DNA of 12,521 nucleotides. It comes from Candidatus Thorarchaeota archaeon. Lineage in GTDB: Archaea; Asgardarchaeota; Thorarchaeia; Thorarchaeales; Thorarchaeaceae. The translations under genes were made by a program, and so were the position numbers. The DNA lies in contig JAOUFI010000065.1 in the NCBI GenBank assembly GCA_029858305.1, positions 1-12,521 of the forward strand, in the 5' to 3' direction. Shown one piece after another: positions 7,825-12,521 of the stretch; position 1 is the stretch's first letter, and the number at the start of each line of letters is the position of its first letter. The notes beneath the pieces were generated by a model, which saw only the letters and a program-made list of their open reading frames with translations, did no database searches and was not told where the DNA came from.

Positions 7825-8365
7825 AACTTCGTTGGACTAGCCATAGAGTGTAAAGCGAGAAGATGACAAGTACCATGCACAGACCGATTAGAGGAGTATC
7901 AATCCCAGCAAAGAGACCAGTGCCTGATAGAATCCAACTTGCTGTATCTAGAGTGCCTATTCCTCCACAGATTAAAGATACAATCACATTTGACGGTCCA
8001 GCCCAACGCAATCTATGAGTTCCGGCTTTAGTCCATGTAGCGAGAGAGAATACAATTGCGACACCGACGAATACAATTAGAAAATAATCTGCAAGGATAA
8101 AGTAGTTCCATATAGCCCAGAATGCAGGCGGCGTAAGGAGTACTATGCCAAGCCCAATGATTGTAAGAATGAACACAATTCGTGGCCATGGATCAAGAAT
8201 GAATCCAGAAGACTTCTCAGCATATCTGTCTGAGAATACCTCTTCGATAGCTTCGTATTCTTGTTCATCTACTTCTTCAATATCTTCTTCATCTTCATCC
8301 GGGAAGGTAAGGTCTTCATCTTCGTTGTTGTCGTCCTCGAAGAATGTTTCATCGTCTCTCTTCAT
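7805..8365 (-). CDS. Hypothetical membrane protein with a highly acidic N-terminal tail and about 4 TM helices
   Basis: ATG 8365 (MKRDDE...) is preceded by the RBS-like GTGAGGA. About 45 D/E-rich residues are followed by four hydrophobic segments. The ORF track start at 8455 is less likely. Confidence 0.8.
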   Translation of the reverse strand: MKRDDETFFEDDNNEDEDLTFPDEDEEDIEEVDEQEYEAIEEVFSDRYAEKSSGFILDPWPRIVFILTIIGLGIVLLTPPAFWAIWNYFILADYFLIVFVGVAIVFSLATWTKAGTHRLRWAGPSNVIVSLICGGIGTLDTASWILSGTGLFAGIDTPLIGLCMVLVIFSLYTLWLVQRSFGPQQR

Positions 8366-8521
8366 CCAAGTTTCCTCACGAATCGAGTGAATTGGAGTGG
8401 GAATGGACCCGTTAAAATCCTTGTTGTCTGGAGGAACAAGAGAATTCAGATGCATATCATCAATATCACTTTAACATCTAACAGGAGAATGATTAAAACG
8501 ACAAAGTGAACTGAACAAAGT

Positions 8522-9112
8522 ATGTCTCTGGATGGATTGACGTTAGCACAGTGTATTAGTAAAGCAAGAAGTCTTCGTCAACAGGGGATGAACAAGAAAG
8601 CTATTGAGTTGTATAGGCAAGCACTTCAGCTAGATCCAGAGAATCTAGAGGTTCTTAATGAACTTGGACTGACCCATATCCACATAGGCGAACAAGACGA
8701 AGCTATTGTCGCTTTTGATCTTGCCATCGATATTGCTCCCGAAGATTATAGGGGATACTCAAACAAGGCAGAGGCGTTTCTTACCCTTGGAGCCTTTGAA
8801 GAGGCAAAGGTTGTAGCTGATGCAGGACTAAGACATATTCCAAACAATTCGGAGCTGTGGACAAAGAAAGCAAGAGCTCTTGAAAGTCTACTAGATATCC
8901 AGGAGGCTGTCAATGCTTACAATGAGGCGTTGAAATACGACTCTTGCGATCCTGAGGTCTGGAAAGCCTTGGCACTATGTCTTGATGCCCAAGAGAATTG
9001 GCCAGCTGTGGCAAGAGCATACAGAATCGCAGCGGGTCTGCACGAGAAACGTGGCGAGATGCAGGATGCAGATAGCTGCCTGAAATTTGCTGAGATGGCG
9101 GAACATTCCTGA
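8522..9112 (+). CDS. Tetratricopeptide repeat protein
   Basis: About 5 TPR units (AIELYRQALQLDPEN.EVLNELG, AFDLAIDIAPED, AYNEALKYDS.DPEVW). Confidence 0.9.
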   Translation: MSLDGLTLAQCISKARSLRQQGMNKKAIELYRQALQLDPENLEVLNELGLTHIHIGEQDEAIVAFDLAIDIAPEDYRGYSNKAEAFLTLGAFEEAKVVADAGLRHIPNNSELWTKKARALESLLDIQEAVNAYNEALKYDSCDPEVWKALALCLDAQENWPAVARAYRIAAGLHEKRGEMQDADSCLKFAEMAEHS

Positions 9113-9129
9113 TTTATGAAGAAGAAGAG

Positions 9130-9152
9130 GAAGGGCTCGTCGAGAGCCCTTT
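9130..9152. terminator. GC-rich hairpin between convergent genes, possibly a bidirectional terminator
   Basis: AAGGGCTC (9131-9138) / GAGCCCTT (9144-9151) form a perfect 8-bp stem with a 5-nt loop. A pyrimidine tract follows on the minus strand and a T-run further downstream on the plus strand. Confidence 0.55.
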
Positions 9153-9180
9153 GGGATTATTAAGATTCTTTTGTGTTCTC

Positions 9181-10827
9181 CTAACGTTTCTTCTTCAAAC
9201 AAACTCCTGCTACTGCAGCAACTATCGCTAACGCAATGTAGGGTGCAAGATCCATGATTAACTGCACAAGTGATTCAGGCGTTGTTGTAGGAGTTGGAGT
9301 AGTGATAACAGAACCAATTGAATCACGAACAGGAATAACCATCTCCAGTCCACGTGATTCCACTCCTAATGACTCAACATAGGCTATAACAGTGATGTTT
9401 GTGCCATCTGGCTGAGGCCCGATTACATGGAAGAAGTTCTCTAGATTAAGCTCAGCTGAGAGATAGGCATTTGATGTGATTGTGTAATTTGTCCAAGATC
9501 CGTCATTGATTTTTACGCCCAATTTCACTTCATCGATGTCATTATAATATTCATGGGCATATACAGTCACATTGATTTCAGCAGAGCTATTAGGAATGTG
9601 GGGAGACCATCCAACATTCACATATTCAGGTGTGTCATAATCTGCGAGACCCCAATCGTAATCAAATACTGCTTGGTACCATGCTCCAATTCCATTATGT
9701 TCTATGATCACACCAGCTTCACGATTTTCGGAGATACTCTCTTCACTCCAATTAACACTACAGATTAACACAATTCGCCCATCAGCTATGAATGCTTTAT
9801 TGTGAATAGCAGCGAAGAATCTGAGGTCCATCCAGATAACTGGGATGTTTTCTTCAGCAAAAGCTAGTGCCACTTCTGGGTTATCATTTCTGCCTTCTTC
9901 CGTTATTATTCGTACAGTGACACCTCGATGCTTTGCAGCTACAATTGCATCCAAAAGCTCATCCACCACTATAGAGCTATTACTGATATAGGGGATTTCG
10001 ATATCTAATGTAGCCTGTGCGCTATTAATCACCCAAAGCATTGCCTCAAGACTTGTATCTGGACTAACAAATGGTGTGACATTCATGGGACCCAAGAAAT
10101 GACCAGTGTAATTAAAGACTCGGGGATAATATACGAATGATATGGATCCCCAGTTTAACACCGTTCCAGTGCCATCAGTGCTTTCATTATAATCAGTCCC
10201 TATTTTCCAGTCGTTATCAAAAACACTTCTGTAGAAGTTTGTAACGATAGTATCTGTCATTGCAATATTGAATTCACGATTCCCTTCATAATTTTTCCAG
10301 TGTAGATTGCCAGAAGTTCCAGTTTGCCAATCATTAAGAGGAACACTCGGCCGAGCCCAGTTGCCTGCTTGAACTATTGTTGTTTTATTGTCAATAATAA
10401 CGAATTTCTGATGAGAAAAAGTGAATGTGTCAGAAGTCCATCTAACTGGAATTCCTAGTTGTGTGAGATTCCACATCGTATATGTGTTATACTCTCCTTC
10501 ACTAACAACACGCTCACTAATCATTACTTTGATATCTAACGATGGATTATCATTGTAAACTTCATGTATTAAAGCAAGAAGACCAGGGCTTGTAAATTGG
10601 TATATTTCAACATAGATACTCTCTTGGGCACTTCTTAAGAATTGCGTGAGAGTTTCATTGCTATAATCAGGTCCAACAAATGTTGTCACATTCATGTTTC
10701 GATTAAACGTTTGTAGGGTAAACTCCGCAGTTTCAAACTGCTCTGTCACGTTAGGTGTGAGAGCAACAGCGAAACTTGGAAGGATTAGCATAGTTATTAG
10801 GATTAAAACGGCGTAGCGACGCAACAT
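9181..10827 (-). CDS. Secreted, C-terminally membrane-anchored phospholipase D superfamily protein (two HKD motifs)
   Basis: Signal peptide MLRRYAVLILITMLILPSFAVA. HKD motifs HQKFVIID and HNKAFIAD with NRE downstream of each. T/P-rich linker, TM helix and KKKR terminus. RBS GGAGAGTGA. Confidence 0.92.
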   Translation of the reverse strand: MLRRYAVLILITMLILPSFAVALTPNVTEQFETAEFTLQTFNRNMNVTTFVGPDYSNETLTQFLRSAQESIYVEIYQFTSPGLLALIHEVYNDNPSLDIKVMISERVVSEGEYNTYTMWNLTQLGIPVRWTSDTFTFSHQKFVIIDNKTTIVQAGNWARPSVPLNDWQTGTSGNLHWKNYEGNREFNIAMTDTIVTNFYRSVFDNDWKIGTDYNESTDGTGTVLNWGSISFVYYPRVFNYTGHFLGPMNVTPFVSPDTSLEAMLWVINSAQATLDIEIPYISNSSIVVDELLDAIVAAKHRGVTVRIITEEGRNDNPEVALAFAEENIPVIWMDLRFFAAIHNKAFIADGRIVLICSVNWSEESISENREAGVIIEHNGIGAWYQAVFDYDWGLADYDTPEYVNVGWSPHIPNSSAEINVTVYAHEYYNDIDEVKLGVKINDGSWTNYTITSNAYLSAELNLENFFHVIGPQPDGTNITVIAYVESLGVESRGLEMVIPVRDSIGSVITTPTPTTTPESLVQLIMDLAPYIALAIVAAVAGVCLKKKR

Positions 10828-10906
10828 TTCTCACTCTCCAATAATTTGGTGACACCAATATGACTTATGAGTCGTTTGCTACCTGATAAATTCAGAGGTA
10901 TGTTTA

Positions 10907-11173
10907 ATGAGAAATATGAAGGCATTTTATGAGATTCATTTGGATAAGCGCGATGAGATTCTAGAAGCAATTGAAAAAGCGTTCTCATTAAAACCAACCT
11001 TTATTGACGACTACATCTCTATGCGTGGTGGTGAGGGCAGCGGAATCGAAACTGTCAGAATGAGTCTAGAGAAGGATGTAATTAAGGTGCTAGTAGTCCT
11101 CTATAATCAATCACTTCTAGAAAAATTCAACAGCATACTAGGAAATCCAACTAAAGTAAGAGGAAGATTATGA
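10907..11173 (+). CDS. Small hypothetical protein (88 aa)
   Basis: GAGGTATG RBS-like sequence upstream, globular alpha/beta-like composition, and it fills the intergenic gap. No family recognised. Confidence 0.7.
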   Translation: MRNMKAFYEIHLDKRDEILEAIEKAFSLKPTFIDDYISMRGGEGSGIETVRMSLEKDVIKVLVVLYNQSLLEKFNSILGNPTKVRGRL

Positions 11174-11205
11174 AAGAGAGATTAGTGATTAAAAAGGATA
11201 TCACT

Positions 11206-11277
11206 GACAGGAACACTCTCAACAGGCGAGGAAGTGCTCCTGTCGTACCATCTCTCATCTATGCATGAGAGTCGGTA
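11206..11277 (-). other. Two abutting stem-loops in the ferredoxin 3' region (terminator/stability element)
   Basis: Stem A pairs 11206-11217 with 11233-11244 (12 bp, one G-U on the minus strand). Stem B spans 11246-11277 (5+7 bp, one G-U on the minus strand). U5 follows at 11195-11191. Confidence 0.55.
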
Positions 11278-11289
11278 GTATTTCTAGTC

Positions 11290-11481
11290 TTATGCCTCTT
11301 CAATAGCGCCCTCAGGACAACTATCAACACAGGCATAGCATTCAGTGCACTCGTCTGAGCGGGCTACTTGGTATTCAGCCTTGTCCTTGACCACGTATAA
11401 AGTTGGGTCTACTGGGCAGACATCAGCACAAGTTCCGCAGGCTGTACATGCATCGGTTACTTTCCAGATCATTTCAACCAC
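11290..11481 (-). CDS. 2[4Fe-4S] ferredoxin
   Basis: Two CxxCxxCxxxCP motifs: CTACGTCADVCP and CTECYACVDSCP. Start is GTG 11481 or ATG 11472. Confidence 0.95.
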   Translation of the reverse strand: MVEMIWKVTDACTACGTCADVCPVDPTLYVVKDKAEYQVARSDECTECYACVDSCPEGAIEEA

Positions 11482-11535
11482 TTCATTTTCAGACTAGTAT
11501 ACCAGTCCGACGACGCAGACCGCAATATTTACCCA

Positions 11536-11541
11536 TTTAAA
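11536..11541. promoter_or_regulatory. Palindromic TATA box candidate (TTTAAA) between the divergent ferredoxin and permease genes
   Basis: The clearest TATA-like hexamer in the 11482-11672 intergenic region. It lies about 22-26 nt from the outer end of a structured element on each side (11510 on minus, 11563 on plus). Confidence 0.45.
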
Positions 11542-11681
11542 CCTAAGTGTTTGGTGTACCCGTTCTGGGAGAGTGCATACTTTGATTGGCTAATTCAAAA
11601 CCTTCAAAAGCCATACAATTGCCGCGAAGTATTTAGTCTGGACGTAGGAGCCGCCATATTCTCCCAGAGGTTGTGGACATA

Positions 11682-12521
11682 TTGGTAGAAAGATTCGACG
11701 ACGAGCCAAGAGATGAAAAATTTGCTCGACGTCTTGGACTTGCAGGAGCCACTAATATTGGAATGGGAGCAATGCTTGGCGGAGGTATCTATGTCATCTC
11801 TGGAGTCGCCGCTGGAATTATTGGACCTTTGCTAGTACTAGCGTATCTTGCCACCGGGCTTCTAACAATTTTCACAGCAATCAATTATGCTGAGCTTGCA
11901 TCTTCCATCCCGAAGCAGGGCGGCGGTTATACCTTCGTTCAAGATACGATTGGTGGATTTCCAGCATTTCTCACAGGTTGGTTCATTTTTATTGGAAGTA
12001 TAGTTGCATGCGGGCTCTATGCTCTTGCTGTCGCGCATACCCTGATTGTCTTCATCCCAGGTGCAACATCAGAGATTGTTGGAATCATTGCGGTAATCAT
12101 TATTCTCGTCACATTTCTCACGAATTACGTAAGCATCAAAGGAGTGACAGGCGTCCTAGGAGCTTTGAATATCATCCAGTCGATTGTTCTCTTTGTCTTC
12201 ATCGCAGTCGGAGCATTTTTCATCCAACCAGACAATATTTCATTGATTCATCCAGATGTAGGAATCACGACATTCATGTCAGCTGTCTCTTTCATCTACA
12301 TCTCATTCGTAGGATTTGAGCTCATCTCCACTGCAGCTGAAGAAATAAAGGAGCCAGCAAGAAATATCCCAAGAGCTATTGTCCTCACACTTTTAGTTTC
12401 CACTTTGATCTACATGGCAGCATCACTCATTCTTGTGGGTGTGGTTCCTTACACTGAAATTGCTAATTCATATACACCCATATCAGTAGTGTATGGACGC
12501 ATTCTTGGCCAGAGTGCGTTC
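11682..12521 (+). CDS. APC superfamily amino acid permease, 3'-truncated by the window end (absent from the ORF track)
   Basis: Manual translation: RRLGL...IGMGAMLGGGIYV (TM1), YAELASSIPKQGGGYTF, AFLTGW, SFVGFELISTAAEEIKEPARNIPRAI (TM6-7). Start is TTG 11682 (GAGGT at 11667-11671) or GTG 11673. In-frame TAG upstream at 11634. Confidence 0.93.
   Translation, partial: MVERFDDEPRDEKFARRLGLAGATNIGMGAMLGGGIYVISGVAAGIIGPLLVLAYLATGLLTIFTAINYAELASSIPKQGGGYTFVQDTIGGFPAFLTGWFIFIGSIVACGLYALAVAHTLIVFIPGATSEIVGIIAVIIILVTFLTNYVSIKGVTGVLGALNIIQSIVLFVFIAVGAFFIQPDNISLIHPDVGITTFMSAVSFIYISFVGFELISTAAEEIKEPARNIPRAIVLTLLVSTLIYMAASLILVGVVPYTEIANSYTPISVVYGRILGQSAF

Noticed and set aside
8320-8356. Possible FFAT motif (DDETFFEDD) in the acidic tail
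   Set aside because: It lacks the small residue at position 5 of the EFFDAxE consensus.
8145-8509. Ser-rich ORF 8145-8390, Phe/Ile-rich ORF 8261-8509 and the TCTTCA-like repeats
   Set aside because: Antisense readings of the GAA/GAT codons of the acidic tail, not independent genes or a repeat array.
8975-10997. ORFs 8975-9202, 9553-9768 and 10803-10997
   Set aside because: They overlap real genes and cross terminator or promoter regions, with no coding support.
11170-11268. 32-aa ORF (MKERLVIKKD...) coupled by an ATGA overlap to the 88-aa gene
   Set aside because: Short, has no motif and runs through the hairpin region, which is better explained as non-coding structure. Ribosome profiling would be needed to exclude it fully.
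11206-11277. Hairpins as a SECIS element
   Set aside because: No AUGA/GA core or GAA/A internal loop in the right geometry. No neighbouring gene has an internal UGA; readthrough of the 11171 UGA meets UAG after three more codons.
11563-11669. Inverted-repeat-bounded segment as a MITE or tRNA
   Set aside because: No target-site duplication, no second copy in the window, and no cloverleaf or T-loop motif. The mismatches are strand-specific G-U pairs, which fit RNA structure better.
11978-12319. 113-aa Cys/His-rich ORF
   Set aside because: An alternate frame of the APC permease, whose motifs are unambiguous.

Overview
A gene-dense archaeal chromosomal segment. The protein families, TATA-type promoters and GAGGT(G) ribosome-binding sites point to archaea. 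The overall gene content resembles Asgard/Thorarchaeota-like genomes, which is an inference I cannot confirm. It holds 16 supportable CDSs: a 5'-truncated RecJ/GAN-like DHH phosphoesterase; a minus-strand run of TPR+Zn-ribbon protein, Nudix hydrolase and small membrane protein; a methyltransferase with full PRMT (protein arginine methyltransferase)-like architecture, divergent from the TPR gene; a TIGR04076-like Cys protein; a purine PRTase-MTAP-nitrilase operon; a MazG/DCTPP1-like pyrophosphatase; an acidic-tailed membrane protein; a second TPR protein; a surface-anchored PLD-superfamily protein; a small hypothetical protein; a 2[4Fe-4S] ferredoxin; and a 3'-truncated APC permease that the ORF track missed. 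I see no rRNA, tRNA, CRISPR array or mobile element. The best leads are (i) the PRMT-like enzyme and its divergent TPR/Zn-ribbon neighbour, (ii) a nested ~107-nt putative RNA structure in front of the APC permease that overlaps its RBS, and (iii) strand-consistent hairpins flanking the ferredoxin gene.
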